From an uncultured Desulfovibrio sp. (GTDB lineage Bacteria; Desulfobacterota; Desulfovibrionia; Desulfovibrionales; Desulfovibrionaceae), in contig CALUWU010000038.1 in assembly GCA_944324555.1 (NCBI GenBank), forward strand, positions 171-64,170: DNA of 64,000 nucleotides. The letters are read 5' to 3'. The notes under the pieces were generated by a model. That model saw only the letters and a list, made by a program, of their open reading frames with translations. It was not told the DNA's origin and searched no databases. Positions 54,301 to 63,829 of this stretch are shown here, one piece after another; position 1 is the first letter of the stretch, and each line of letters starts with the position of its first letter. A program made the translations under genes and the position numbers.

Positions 54301-54888
54301 GTTCGCGCCGTGAGACTGCGGCGCGTCCGCGAAGACGACCGTGTCCGTTCCGTTCCTTTCCTCAAAATAGAAATAGGCTCCCTGTTCCTCCATGCGCCAG
54401 CAGATATATTCGTACAGGCTTTCCTGATACTGCATGGCAAATTCCGGAGCCGGGTAGCTGCCGTCCGTAAGGCGGAATTCGTGCGGAAACTGGAAGAACG
54501 GCTGCGAGGAGAGGAGTTCGCGCAGCACGTCTTCCAGCTTCTTGCCGAGAAAGATGGCGCTCTGGCGTATCTGGCTCAGTTTCCAGAACGTGGGGCGCAG
54601 ACGCACGGCGTAATAGGCGTATCCGTTGAAGAATCCCCGCTGCTCGACCTGCGCGGGGTAGCCGGAAAAGACGGCGGGCGCGGCGTCGCCGTCGCGCAGC
54701 ACCTCGAAGCGGCAGGGCGCGGCAAGCAGCTTGCCCGTATCCACGGCGGCGTCCGCGCAGACGAGATCTATATGAAAGTCGAACAGGCGGTGCAGACCTT
54801 CCACGCCGGTGAAGCCGACGACATGAAAGGGGGATTCCGTCCGGGCCGGGGAGAAGAAGCGGAAGCGTTCGGTCAGAGTTGCGGTCAT
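51307..54888 (-). CDS. vgrG: Extended VgrG spike protein (1193 aa)
   Basis: GVEGLHRLF, QYQES, EEQGAYFYF, DEYGRYK, SCWIRRAQP, PGTEVLVSFVDGNPDLP, RTPGGNQ, then about 700 further residues. Confidence 0.95.
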   Translation of the reverse strand: MTATLTERFRFFSPARTESPFHVVGFTGVEGLHRLFDFHIDLVCADAAVDTGKLLAAPCRFEVLRDGDAAPAVFSGYPAQVEQRGFFNGYAYYAVRLRPTFWKLSQIRQSAIFLGKKLEDVLRELLSSQPFFQFPHEFRLTDGSYPAPEFAMQYQESLYEYICWRMEEQGAYFYFEERNGTDTVVFADAPQSHGANDAPPLSYAPASGLEGDRREEVVVSFSLAQTPLPRRVALRNYDWRNPGKVVVGMADVDVNGLGDVYLSNEYVDNDADAARLATIRAQELRCRARLFRGASSAPTLRPGRVFRLDRHYNDAFNRDYLVTEITHEGRQDAYLSLGLGIPLRDAAERLYYRNAFTCMEADVPYRPARTARRNHISGVLRAFVAGDGSGARAETDEYGRYKLTFPFDISGRTGGNASCWIRRAQPQVGKDSGLSLPLQPGTEVLVSFVDGNPDLPVIAGALANGETGSVSGAGNVNFQGLRTPGGNQITINDTDNKQGISLATAAGSGLTVAAGSAESSLLTSSHITQVAGACSTQLASFGLSQLSGFKVSSGAFRFDKDAYWPALCAALSDSAGAVMNTLASQTEDETKKDRLDWGTSATKTISTIMNALGDVIVARHTAPIPYGGAMVAEDDMAKTLLQVSASSLERLSALIPYIAGRLTSVLFDTGTAAADIATATPALLYQDAVKRAVDALHQKNGKAEYASADPFLDCGKFSELSEALADVIDQKDASKAEFEEILASLEKAYEAYCQKDSEANAYYRQQRHESERAYLVDTVSSLIPEFVSLHLFYKAYNPAKKLGGILLRARDRNITMTAQDAIAMHAQRGFLRNTRDLPEVDRLSDAEKEKNPSGDTDAALGRLETFPQGEKAENLGVLDPYSDLTPVVQNKLAVKLLKKAPVTSPTRAGMDAAAYWGVKINAGSHATDFMRGDIDGIRWFVKDTLQDGEYIRKRATFIADTTELDYKRNRWAFQRSKENAYIIGDQELSLRGGHGAIILAKETGNLPAVSLTTTHKDAMIYMSSQDRDNNAPSTDMTLAPSGLTLGFRKKKSDRQHNAFVSLEDGVASMAVGECGVIVDEDSAMIGNNKTNIACFENELYVSSDSVFISDVQISHGKIVGAQNGILEVGGAIKITGAAARGGKADAGGQYASSASEAQSRAQRICPEDILKQLQEVIEMLENNQQRKAGGGEQ

Positions 54889-55007
54889 GACGTTTCCTTG
54901 GCGGGACCCGAGGCTGAAGGCGGCGCATGAAGATGGCGGGAAGATTTGTATATGTCATTCCCCGCGGAAAGAAAAGGGAACGCGCGCGGCCTCCTTTGCC
55001 TTTTCGC

Positions 55008-55052
55008 TTCCAATATATTGGAATAATGCATTGTAATTGATTGTATCATTTT
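55008..55052. promoter_or_regulatory. AT-rich palindromic operator-like patch upstream of vgrG
   Basis: Perfect 16-bp palindrome TTCCAATATATTGGAA (55008-55023) and AATGCATT (55025-55032) in GC-rich surroundings. Confidence 0.5.
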
Positions 55053-55083
55053 GCGCGTCGCGCCGCGTTCCGGGGCGGCTGGC

Positions 55084-56148
55084 TTACGGCAGCTGCCGGA
55101 GAAGGGCGCCGGCCTCGGCGTCGTTGTTTTGGGCCGCGCGTTGCAGCCAGAGGCGCGCCTGTTCCCTGTCGGCGGGCACGCCGTCGCCCCGCAGCAGGCA
55201 GACGGCGTAATTTCGCATGGCGTCGGTTTCGCCCTGTTCGGCGGCCTTGCGGTACCATGCGGCGGCCTGAGCGGGATTGGCTGGGACGCCCTGCCCGGTC
55301 ATGAGGGCGAAGGCCAGATTGGTCTGGGCCGGGCCGTAGCCGCCTTCCGCGCCGCGACGGTACCAGCGAACGGCCTCGGCGGCGTCGCGCGCGACGCCGA
55401 AACCGTTCTGGTAGCACTGGCCCAGATAGTAGGCGGCGAGGGCGTGCCCGTGTTCGGCGGCAAGGCGGAAGAGGCGCGCGGCCTCGGCTGTGTCGCGCGC
55501 GACGCCGTGCCCGTTCAGGTAGCATTGCCCGAGGTTGGCGATGGCGGGGATGTAGCCCTGATCGGCGGACGCCCGGAAGAGCGCGGCGGCCCGGACGGGG
55601 TCCCGGGCGACGCCGTCGCCAAGCATGAGCAGGTTGCCCAGGGCATACTGGGCTTCGGGATACTCCTGCCTGACGGCCAGGGCGTACCATGCGGCGGCGT
55701 TCCGGGCGGACGGCGGCGTGGCGTAGCCGCGTTCGCAGCAAACGCCGAGGCTGTACTGGGCGGGGGCAAAATTCTGATCGGCGGCCCTGCGATACCAGGC
55801 GACGGCCTGCGTCATGTCCTGCGGCAGGCCGGCGCCTTCAAGAAGCATGTTTCCCAGTTCCCACTGGGCGCGCGGCAGGCCGTTTTCCGCGGCGCGCGTC
55901 AGCAGGGGCAGGGCCCGCGCCGCGTCTCCGCGCGCGTCCCGCAGCAGCAGCGCGGCCATGCAGTCGGCCTGCGGATCTCCGGCCTGCGCGAGCGCGGTCA
56001 GCAGGCGCTGGAGGGTTGCCTCGTCGCGCGGCGCTCCGTCGAGGATCGCGTCGCCCTGTTCAAGAAGAGCCTGAATATCCTGCGCCTGCGAGGCGGCGGG
56101 GCAGAGGAGAAGAAGCGCGCACAGCAGCGCCGAAACACGATGATGCAT
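55084..56148 (-). CDS. Exported Sel1-like repeat protein
   Basis: Signal peptide; about 8 repeats of AQxxLGxxYxxGxGVxxDxxxAxxWYxxAA. Confidence 0.92.
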   Translation of the reverse strand: MHHRVSALLCALLLLCPAASQAQDIQALLEQGDAILDGAPRDEATLQRLLTALAQAGDPQADCMAALLLRDARGDAARALPLLTRAAENGLPRAQWELGNMLLEGAGLPQDMTQAVAWYRRAADQNFAPAQYSLGVCCERGYATPPSARNAAAWYALAVRQEYPEAQYALGNLLMLGDGVARDPVRAAALFRASADQGYIPAIANLGQCYLNGHGVARDTAEAARLFRLAAEHGHALAAYYLGQCYQNGFGVARDAAEAVRWYRRGAEGGYGPAQTNLAFALMTGQGVPANPAQAAAWYRKAAEQGETDAMRNYAVCLLRGDGVPADREQARLWLQRAAQNNDAEAGALLRQLP

Positions 56149-56194
56149 GGGGAGTTCCTTGTGGAGGGGCGCCGCCGCTCTGCCGGCGGGCGGG

Positions 56195-56791
56195 CTACGG
56201 CCGGGGACGGGCGTCGTCGTCGCGCCAGCGGCGGATATCGCTTGTCAGTCCCAGCTGATCGAGCAGACGCCCGCAGAAGTGCCGCAGGAGGTCGTCAATG
56301 GTTTCCGGCCGCGTGTAGAAGGCCGGCATGAAGGGCATGACGACGGCTCCGGCCGCGGCAAGTCGGCGCATGTTTTCCAGGTGAATGAGGTTCAGGGGCG
56401 TTTCGCGGGGGACGAGCACGAGGGGGCGGCGTTCCTTGAGGGTTACGTCGGCGGCCCTGTGGAGGAGCGTTGAACCGGCTCCGCAGGCAATGGCGGCAAG
56501 GCTGCTCATGGAACAGGGGCAGACGATCATGCCGTCGTGCCGCCAGGAACCGCTGGCCGGCCCCGCGGCCATGTCGTCGGCGGGGTGTACGGCGCGGGCG
56601 TAGCGGGCGAGATCTTCGGGCGCGATACCGCCTTCCTCGCGCAGGACGCGCTTCGCGCCGGAAGAAATAACAAGATGCAGCTCGACGTCGGGGCGTTGCA
56701 GGGCTTGCAGCAGGCGGAGCGTGAGCGGCATGCCGCTGGCGCCGCTGACGCCGACGACGAGACGGCGTTTCTGAGATTCATCTGCGGGCAT
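56195..56791 (-). CDS. ubiX: Flavin prenyltransferase UbiX
   Basis: VGVSGASG, ASGS, PCSMSSLA, RAADVTLKERRPLVLVPRETP, PAFY. Confidence 0.94.
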   Translation of the reverse strand: MPADESQKRRLVVGVSGASGMPLTLRLLQALQRPDVELHLVISSGAKRVLREEGGIAPEDLARYARAVHPADDMAAGPASGSWRHDGMIVCPCSMSSLAAIACGAGSTLLHRAADVTLKERRPLVLVPRETPLNLIHLENMRRLAAAGAVVMPFMPAFYTRPETIDDLLRHFCGRLLDQLGLTSDIRRWRDDDARPRP

Positions 56792-56825
56792 GGCGGAACG
56801 TTCGGGAAGGGTGAACGGCGGACAG

Positions 56826-56856
56826 AAAAAGCGGAAGCCCCTTGCGGGGCTTTCCG
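56826..56856 (-). terminator. Terminator-like hairpin between the EAL gene and ubiX
   Basis: Minus strand cggaaagcccc-gcaa-ggggcttccg then cttttt. Confidence 0.55.
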
Positions 56857-57028
56857 AAATTTTGCGGCGTTTATACTGTCATGGAATAAAGGAAAAGGCA
56901 AGAAGCGTGACGCCGCCGATCCGTCTTGCCGGGGCCGCGGGGGGACGGCGGCGCGCCGCCCGGCAAGAATCGAGCGGAAAAAACGCGCTTTTTCCGCGAA
57001 ACGACTGGCCGTATGGACTGAAAATGCG

Positions 57029-59959
57029 CTATTGCGGCGTCTTCTGCATCATGTCCACGCGCAGCGTGCCGTCCATGAAGCGTTCAAAGGCGCTGACGGG
57101 CATGGGTTTCGCTATGAAAAAGCCCTGTCCGTAGGCGCAGCCCAGCTTCTTGAGCTGCTGGAACTGCGCCTGGGTTTCGATGCCCTCGCAAAGAATCTTC
57201 ATCTTCAGTTCCCTGCCGAGTTCGATGATGGGCTTGAGAAGCTGCTCGTAACGCTCGTTTTCCAGAAATTCCTTGTCCAGTTTCAGAATGTCGATGGGAA
57301 ACTTGAGGAGCGCCGAGAGGGAGGAATAGCCCTTGCCGAAATCGTCCAGCGCGATTTTGACGCCGCTCTTTCGCAGGGTGCGGAGATTCTTGAGCAGCAG
57401 CGGCAAATTGCTTTCGGCCATGCTCTCGGTAATTTCCACCACGACGAGATCCTTGGGAACATTGCTGCGCCGGAAGATGTCGAGAAGCTTGTCGCCGTAG
57501 TTTTCCGTCAGGAAAAGCGCGCGCGACTGATTGACGGAGATGGGCACGACCTCCTTGCCCTGATCCAGCCGCCGGCGGAGCCACTGGCAGACCTTTTCCA
57601 TGACATGGAGATCGAGCAGCCGGATAAAGCCGTTCTGCTCGAAAACGGGAATGAACTGATCGGGCGAAAAGGTTTCGCCGGACGTCGGTTTCCAGCGGAT
57701 GAGCGCCTCGCCGCTGCTGATTGTGCTGGACTGGAGACAGAACTGGGGCTGTATGTAGATTTGGAATTCGTCCGCTTCCAGCGCGGCGACCATCCTGTTT
57801 TCTATCTTGATGGCAAGCTGCTTTTCCCGCTCCAGCTCTTCGCTGTAGTAGGCGAAGGAGGACTTGTAGGCCGTTCTGCCGATGCTGCTCTGGGCGCTTT
57901 CGGCGGCGGCGACGAGAGGGCCCAGCTTGTCGAAACTGGAGGTCACGCGGACAATGCCGACGGCCAGCAGGACAAGGTGCCCCAGATTGTCGCCGTAGAC
58001 GGCGAACTCCTTGAAAATTTTTTGAAGACGGCTTTCTACGGCCGCGTCGTCGGTACAGGTCCACAGGCAGAGGAAGCGGCCTCCGCCGGCGTGGGCCGTC
58101 AGTTCATCCGCGCCGCAGGGGGCTCTCAGGGCCGCATAGCAGGCCTTGATGGCGGAGTCGCCGTGTTCGCAGCCATAAAGCTGATTGATGTGGATCAGGT
58201 GCCTGATATTGGCGCTGAGGATATAGCAGGGGCGCTTTCTGGCAAGAACTTCCTCCGCCTCGCGAAGGAAGCAGGCCCGGTTGACGCCCTGGGTCACAAG
58301 GTCGGTGAAGGCCACCTTTTTCAGAAGCCGGACTTCGCGCCGGGACGTATGGATACGCATGGCGCAAAGAATGAGGATGGCGGCGAGCAGCAGGCCGTAA
58401 TAGTTGCGGACAAGATAGATCAGCAGGCTGAAACCTTCCAGCGGGGGCATTTCCAGCAGCATGGATTCAATTTCCGCGTTGGAAAATCCGGCGACGCCCT
58501 TGGCAAAGACCGTCTGCGCCTGCGGCGGCAGCGCCGCGCTGAAGCCCAGCGCCATGGGATAAAAGGCCAGAGTCGTCTGGTAACGCAGCCCCGAATTTTC
58601 CGTCTTGCTGTGCGGCAGGCCCGGATAAAAGGGAATGTAGGCGTCTATTTCCTTTTGATCCAGCGCGGCGCGACAGGCCTTTTCGGTTTCAAAAAGGCGC
58701 ACGCTGTCTCTGGGATAGACGAAAAGATAGGCCTCCCGGACGCTGAGCATTTCCCGCGTGGCGCCGACGCGCAGCCCGCTGCCCGGAACGACCGTCGCCG
58801 GCGCGGCCAGGGTGATCTGGGGATTGTAATAGGGCAGCCCGGCCACAATGTCGTAGCGTTTTTTGAAGTCTCTTCCGGGAAAGACGTTGGTGACGATATC
58901 CGCCTTGTTTTCCCGCAGCATGGTCAGGCAGGTTTCATAGTCGGGCGCCGACACGAATTCCAGCTCTATGCCCATCTGCCGGGCTATGCGGGCGACGAAT
59001 TTTTCAAGAAAAAGATTGTAGCTGCGCTGCGAGAGGCTTTCGGGGTGCGCGCTGAGCGCGACGCGGAGCTTGGGGCGCGTATCGAGCCAGGCGCGCTCTT
59101 CCCGATCCAGGGCGATATTGATGGGTTTTTCCAGATCGACGACATTGTTGAAGAAGTTTGAGAAGGGGCGCGGGTTGAAGACCTGGAGGCGGTTGAGCAC
59201 CGCGTCCACATGCGGGATGAAGTAATCGTCCTTGCGCGAGGAAACAAAGTAGAAGGGGCGGGAATCAAAGATCCCCGCGATTTTTGTTCTTGTGCCAAAG
59301 GGGCTGCCGTCGACGTAGCCGTCGATTTTCCCGGAGAAAAGGGCCGCCCGCATGTCGGCGGACCTGTCGTAGAAGACGGGCCGGTAGGAAAAGCCGTGTC
59401 GGCGCGCCTGTTCCTGAAAGATGTCGTGATGATAGGAGCCCGAGTAAAAGCCGATGGTCAGCCCTTCAAAGTCGGAAAAGTCCATGTAGTGCACGGAACT
59501 TTCGTGGGGAACATGGAGCGTCGTTACATACAGTCCGGCGCGTATGCTGGAATAGTGAAAGACCTTTTCCCGTTCCGGCGTGCGGATCATGCCGCAGATC
59601 AGGTCTATTTCGCCGTTTTCAAGCTTTTCCCGCGCGTTTTCCAGCGAAACCTCCACCCACTGTATATCCCAGTCGGCGAAATGGTCGAGCGCTTCGAAGA
59701 GGGAGGGAAGGTAACCCCAGAGGGCGTTGTCCTTGCTGTGGAAAAAGCCGTACTGCTTGAACCAGCCGACTCTTACCGTGCGTTTCGGGGCTTCCTGCCG
59801 CGAGGCGTGTCTGTCGGGAAAGGAGGCCAGCATCCGGGTTGCCGCGTGGGAACCGGACGGCGCCTCGGCGGCCGGTATCCGACAGGGCAGGAGGACGCAG
59901 AAGACAAGGGCAAGGGCGCCAAGGTTGCGCAACAATGTTTGCGGGGAACAGTTTCGCAT
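57029..59959 (-). CDS. c-di-GMP phosphodiesterase: two periplasmic solute-binding domains, TM helix, degenerate GGDEF, EAL
   Basis: EALIRW, EITES, DDFGKGYSS, KLDK, EGIET, QGFF all present; GGDEF position reads GGGRF; SD ggagg before ATG 59959. Confidence 0.9.
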   Translation of the reverse strand: MRNCSPQTLLRNLGALALVFCVLLPCRIPAAEAPSGSHAATRMLASFPDRHASRQEAPKRTVRVGWFKQYGFFHSKDNALWGYLPSLFEALDHFADWDIQWVEVSLENAREKLENGEIDLICGMIRTPEREKVFHYSSIRAGLYVTTLHVPHESSVHYMDFSDFEGLTIGFYSGSYHHDIFQEQARRHGFSYRPVFYDRSADMRAALFSGKIDGYVDGSPFGTRTKIAGIFDSRPFYFVSSRKDDYFIPHVDAVLNRLQVFNPRPFSNFFNNVVDLEKPINIALDREERAWLDTRPKLRVALSAHPESLSQRSYNLFLEKFVARIARQMGIELEFVSAPDYETCLTMLRENKADIVTNVFPGRDFKKRYDIVAGLPYYNPQITLAAPATVVPGSGLRVGATREMLSVREAYLFVYPRDSVRLFETEKACRAALDQKEIDAYIPFYPGLPHSKTENSGLRYQTTLAFYPMALGFSAALPPQAQTVFAKGVAGFSNAEIESMLLEMPPLEGFSLLIYLVRNYYGLLLAAILILCAMRIHTSRREVRLLKKVAFTDLVTQGVNRACFLREAEEVLARKRPCYILSANIRHLIHINQLYGCEHGDSAIKACYAALRAPCGADELTAHAGGGRFLCLWTCTDDAAVESRLQKIFKEFAVYGDNLGHLVLLAVGIVRVTSSFDKLGPLVAAAESAQSSIGRTAYKSSFAYYSEELEREKQLAIKIENRMVAALEADEFQIYIQPQFCLQSSTISSGEALIRWKPTSGETFSPDQFIPVFEQNGFIRLLDLHVMEKVCQWLRRRLDQGKEVVPISVNQSRALFLTENYGDKLLDIFRRSNVPKDLVVVEITESMAESNLPLLLKNLRTLRKSGVKIALDDFGKGYSSLSALLKFPIDILKLDKEFLENERYEQLLKPIIELGRELKMKILCEGIETQAQFQQLKKLGCAYGQGFFIAKPMPVSAFERFMDGTLRVDMMQKTPQ

Positions 59960-60169
59960 TGTCGGCCTCCGGGAAATTTGGGGCGCGCGGACGGCCCCGC
60001 CCTCGTGAAGTCGCTCCGGCGTTTCCGCAAGGAAGAGCGGGGAACCGGCGGGACGCTTCGGAATGAAACCGCCCTGAAAACGCGAACGCTCCCGGTCCGG
60101 CGGACGGGGAGCCGCCGCGGCGGGATGCGAAGCGCAACGGGCCGCCGCGCTTCCGGGCCCCTGACAGAG

Positions 60170-60211
60170 GGAGACCGGCAGACGACTCGGGCGCGTCGTC
60201 TGCCGATCTCC
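60170..60211. repeat. Strong intergenic hairpin
   Basis: ggaga-c-cggcagacgac / gtcgtctgccg-a-tctcc. Confidence 0.5.
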
Positions 60212-60310
60212 TTGTGCCGCCTGCGGCGGACGGGAGGGCGGGTGCCCGCCGCGGGGAACAGTGTCGCAAGGCCCGGACTTTTTCAGGGGCGCGCCGCCCC
60301 GCCTCGCGTT

Positions 60311-60335
60311 CTTTTTCAAAGGTGAAACGCGCTAG
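60311..60335 (-). repeat. Second copy of the end of the 34187 element
   Basis: Minus strand ctagcgcgtttcacctttgaaaaag vs ctagagcgttccgcccttgaaaaag (21/25); its CTAG is the MCP stop. Confidence 0.6.
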
Positions 60336-62452
60336 CCGGCCTTCATGGCGCGGACAAGCTCGTCCAGCTCCCGCGACTGTCCGGCCAGCCCGGAGAGGGC
60401 CTGGGAGCATTCGTTCAGGGCCTGGGTGGAGTTGGCGGCCATGGTGTTGACGTCCTGAATGGAACGGTCGATGGACTCGCTGGTGGCGGACTGCTCTTCG
60501 CAGGCCGCGGCGATGGAGCGGATTTCATTGGCCGAATATTCCGCTTCCGTCACGATGTTTTCAAGGGCTTCTTCGGCCTGGGCCGCCAGTTCGGTGGATT
60601 TTTCCACCTGTTCCACGGCGGAGTCCACGGCGTCCATGCTTTCCTGCATGCTCTTGGCGATGGCCGAGGTGGCCTTGCCCACGTCGGCCGTGGAGACCAT
60701 GGTCTTTTCGGCCAGCTTGCGGACTTCGTCGGCCACGACCGCGAAGCCGCGCCCCGCCTCGCCCGCGCGGGCGGCCTCAATGGCGGCGTTGAGGGCGAGC
60801 AGGTTGGTCTGATCGGCGATATCGGAAATAACGCCCATGATCTGGGAGATGGCGTCGGTCTTTTCCTGAAGATCGCCCATGTTGCCCTTGAGGGTCAGCG
60901 AGAGGGCCCGCAGCGCCTGGGCGCTTTCCAGGGAGCGGCGCACCTTGTCCTTGCCGTCCGTGGCGTTTTCGCGCGTCTTGGCGGACATTTCCGAGGCCCG
61001 GGCGGCGTTTCTGGCCACTTCCTGTATGCTGGCCGTCATTTCCGTCATGGCCGAGGCCACGTCCTGCAGGCTGCGCGCGGCGTTCGTGGCGTTTTCCGTG
61101 GAGGCGCCGATCTGGGTCGCCAGCTCGGAAGAGGTTGTGGAAATGACTTCCACGCGGCGCTCCAGATCCGTGGCGGCGGAAATCATGCCTTCCCTGCGGG
61201 CGTTTTCGGCGAAACGGGCGGCTTCCTGCGCCTGTTCCGTGGCGACCTGGGCCTTTGCCGTGGCCTTGTCGGCCTCTTCCTTCTTGGCGTTGGCGTCGTG
61301 GATGTTTTCTTTCAGGGTGGCGACCATGCGGCGCAGGTCGTCGGCCAGCAGGCCTATTTCATCCTTGCTCGACACGTCCAGCTCATGATCAAGCTTGCCC
61401 TGGGCAACGGCGCGGGCGAATATCTGCGTTCTGGTCACGGGGCGGGTGATCGTGCGCGTGATGATACAGGAGAAGGCCGCGCCGAGCGCCAGCAGGATGA
61501 CGCAGGCAATGAAGACGAGACGGCGCGACTTGCCCAGAACGTCGGTGGCACCGGCGACGGTATCGATGGTTTGCCGCGAGAGGGTCTGCGAGGCCCGTTC
61601 CAGTTCCTGATAGGCCTGGGAATAGCTCTTGATGCGAATCTGCCCCAGCTCGACGCGCTTGATTTGCAGGCGGATCATTTCGGCGGCCTGCTGCGCGAAG
61701 GTGTCGATGGCCTTGTTCGCCTCGTCGAACATTTCGCGGCATTCCTCGCGCAGCAGATGCGTGCGGATATCCTGCGCCTCGCTGTGGATCTCGGAGAGGG
61801 CGTTGACCTGCGCGGAAAAGGCCTTGACGTCGTGGCGGCGGGCCGCCAGCAGCAGTTCGCGCTGAAGGTTCTCCATCTGCTGCACGAAGGCGCTGGCCTG
61901 CACGAGGTTGCGGGAATACTGCACGACGGCGTCCGTGTTGCCGTCGGCCAGAAAGGCGCGCTGGGTTTCGCCCATGGTCGCGATCAGTCTGCCGAACATC
62001 TGGAGGGCGAAGTCTCCCCTTTCAAGCATCCGCCGGGTGGCCTCGTCCGCCTGATTCTGCACGCCGAAGCCGCTGGCGACGCTGTCGGCATAGTTCTTGT
62101 TCAGCGCGGCGTACTTCTGAAGGAACTCCGTCAGCTCCGGCGTCGGATACTGCCCGTTCAGCGTTTCAAGTTCCTTGAAGTTTTCCTGGGAGAGCCTCAG
62201 GAATTTCTGGCCGCGTTCATAGCTTGCCGCGTCCGCCGCCTCAAAGAAGACGCGGAGATTCATGGCCGCCAGCAGGAGATTGCCCTGCAGGGAGTTGAAG
62301 AGGGTCAGCTTGGGAATTGCCTCCTGCGCCGTCGTTTCGGAAACGACGCGGCCTTCGTGCATGGCCTGAGCGGCAATATAGGATACGATACCGGTAAAGA
62401 TGAGAAGAAGGGCGAAACTCCCGCCGATCTTCCGCGCCAGGGTCAACTGCAT
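60332..62452 (-). CDS. Methyl-accepting chemotaxis protein with helical periplasmic sensor and HAMP domain
   Basis: SD ggagg before ATG 62452; two TM helices; [28 protein letters not shown]. Confidence 0.94.
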   Translation of the reverse strand: MQLTLARKIGGSFALLLIFTGIVSYIAAQAMHEGRVVSETTAQEAIPKLTLFNSLQGNLLLAAMNLRVFFEAADAASYERGQKFLRLSQENFKELETLNGQYPTPELTEFLQKYAALNKNYADSVASGFGVQNQADEATRRMLERGDFALQMFGRLIATMGETQRAFLADGNTDAVVQYSRNLVQASAFVQQMENLQRELLLAARRHDVKAFSAQVNALSEIHSEAQDIRTHLLREECREMFDEANKAIDTFAQQAAEMIRLQIKRVELGQIRIKSYSQAYQELERASQTLSRQTIDTVAGATDVLGKSRRLVFIACVILLALGAAFSCIITRTITRPVTRTQIFARAVAQGKLDHELDVSSKDEIGLLADDLRRMVATLKENIHDANAKKEEADKATAKAQVATEQAQEAARFAENARREGMISAATDLERRVEVISTTSSELATQIGASTENATNAARSLQDVASAMTEMTASIQEVARNAARASEMSAKTRENATDGKDKVRRSLESAQALRALSLTLKGNMGDLQEKTDAISQIMGVISDIADQTNLLALNAAIEAARAGEAGRGFAVVADEVRKLAEKTMVSTADVGKATSAIAKSMQESMDAVDSAVEQVEKSTELAAQAEEALENIVTEAEYSANEIRSIAAACEEQSATSESIDRSIQDVNTMAANSTQALNECSQALSGLAGQSRELDELVRAMKAG

Positions 62453-62817
62453 TACGTCCTCCGGGGAACGCTCGCGCCGTCCATGCCTTTGCAGACGGAC
62501 GACCTCCCCCCGGCGAGGCGTGCGGCGCGTTCGGGATCGCGCGTAAAAAGAACCGGGTCGCTCGGGGGCGACGCGGTTTCTTTCCGGGCGAAACTTTGAC
62601 CGGAACGCGGGAAAACCCCGCTCGGGGAAAGGGTTGAGGGGATTGAAGGGCGGCGCTCCGATCGCGCTGCGATCGAAACGTCTCGGCATGCTTTGCGCCA
62701 GGATAACGAACCGCGCAGACGGGGGCGCATGCCGCCGGCCCGCCGCGCTCGCGGAAATTTCAGGAGACAGGGCGACAGACGCGGAGCGGACGCCGGAGAG
62801 AATGCGGGAGGATCAGA

Positions 62818-62860
<43 letters not shown>

Positions 62861-63283
62861 GAGGCAAGCATGCCGGCGCCACTGCATAATACGGTTTCGG
62901 TTTCGGACGTTCGCAAAGAGGAGCCGCCGTCGCCTTCGAGGTAGGCGCGCGAGGCAAAGCTCCTTGTCGTCATAAGTCTCAATGGGTCGAAGACTACAGC
63001 AATCCCAGACGAGTGTAAATAGCGCGCCTGTTTTTTCCTTCTTATTTCCCCGATTGTGTTTTTTTCAGGGGAAAAAGTATTCTTTATTGCCCAGTGCGAC
63101 GCCGCGCGGTCATGGCGCCGTCTTGCTCCGCCGGGGGAGACTGGACGGCGTTCCGGCGGCGGAAAGAGAACAGGCGCGCCGCCTCGATGGAGGCGGCGCG
63201 CCTGTTTCGGTTTCGCGCGTTGGAAAGTTGGGATGGGCGGGGATTTCCGGCCGCGCCGGAGGTCGAAGTCTTTGGCGGCGTGT

Positions 63284-63829
63284 TTATTGTTCCTGCGTCT
63301 GCGTCTCGGCGGCTTCGGCGGGGCCGGCGTCCTTTTTCTGGAGCAGCGCCTTGCGGGCGGCCTGCGCCTTCTGGACGTTGCGCGCCATGGTCGCGGCGAG
63401 ATTGAAGGACATCAGCTTTTGCGAGGGCGCATAGCCGCAGAGATATTTATATTCGTCGACGCTGACATTATGACTTTTGAGGTGCCGCGCGGTAAGCGTA
63501 TTGAATTGCCGTCCGCACAGGCAGCAGGTAATGGTTTCGTCGGTAAAGGCCTTTTCGGGGTCCGCGACAAGATCCCGTTTGGTGGGACGCTTGCGGGGCG
63601 GTTCCACGACGGCTTTTTCTTCAGCGGCGGGAGGGGTTTCCGTACCGGGTGCGGCGCATGCCGCCGCGGGATCGTCGCCTTCCCTGCGTCCGTCCAGGGC
63701 GCTGAGCCTGAGCTCTATTTCCCTGTTGAGGAGTTTGGCCTTTTCATATTGGGCCATGACGAATTCAATGGGCTGGTCGCGGTATTTTTCAAAAATGGCG
63801 GTGAAAATATCTCTGTCTTCAAGAGGCAT
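63284..63829 (-). CDS. MucR/Ros-family zinc-finger regulator
   Basis: ITCCLCGRQFNTLTARHLKSHNVSVDEYK; SD aaggag before ATG 63829. Confidence 0.85.
   Translation of the reverse strand: MPLEDRDIFTAIFEKYRDQPIEFVMAQYEKAKLLNREIELRLSALDGRREGDDPAAACAAPGTETPPAAEEKAVVEPPRKRPTKRDLVADPEKAFTDETITCCLCGRQFNTLTARHLKSHNVSVDEYKYLCGYAPSQKLMSFNLAATMARNVQKAQAARKALLQKKDAGPAEAAETQTQEQ

Noticed and set aside
27036..54888. Prophage tail or extracellular contractile injection system interpretation
   Set aside because: Presence of TssJLM, TssK, ClpV and TssA, and absence of capsid, terminase or Afp-type genes, indicate a canonical T6SS
55020..55052. Possible Fur box
   Set aside because: Only a partial match to GATAATGATAATCATTATC; not supportable without a matrix scan
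55084..56000. About 108-nt periodic repeats
   Set aside because: Sel1 protein repeats, not CRISPR
59960..60319. 120-aa N-terminal extension of the EAL protein in the ORF track
   Set aside because: Pro/Arg-rich translation of structured intergenic DNA; a good SD and signal-like sequence begin at 59959
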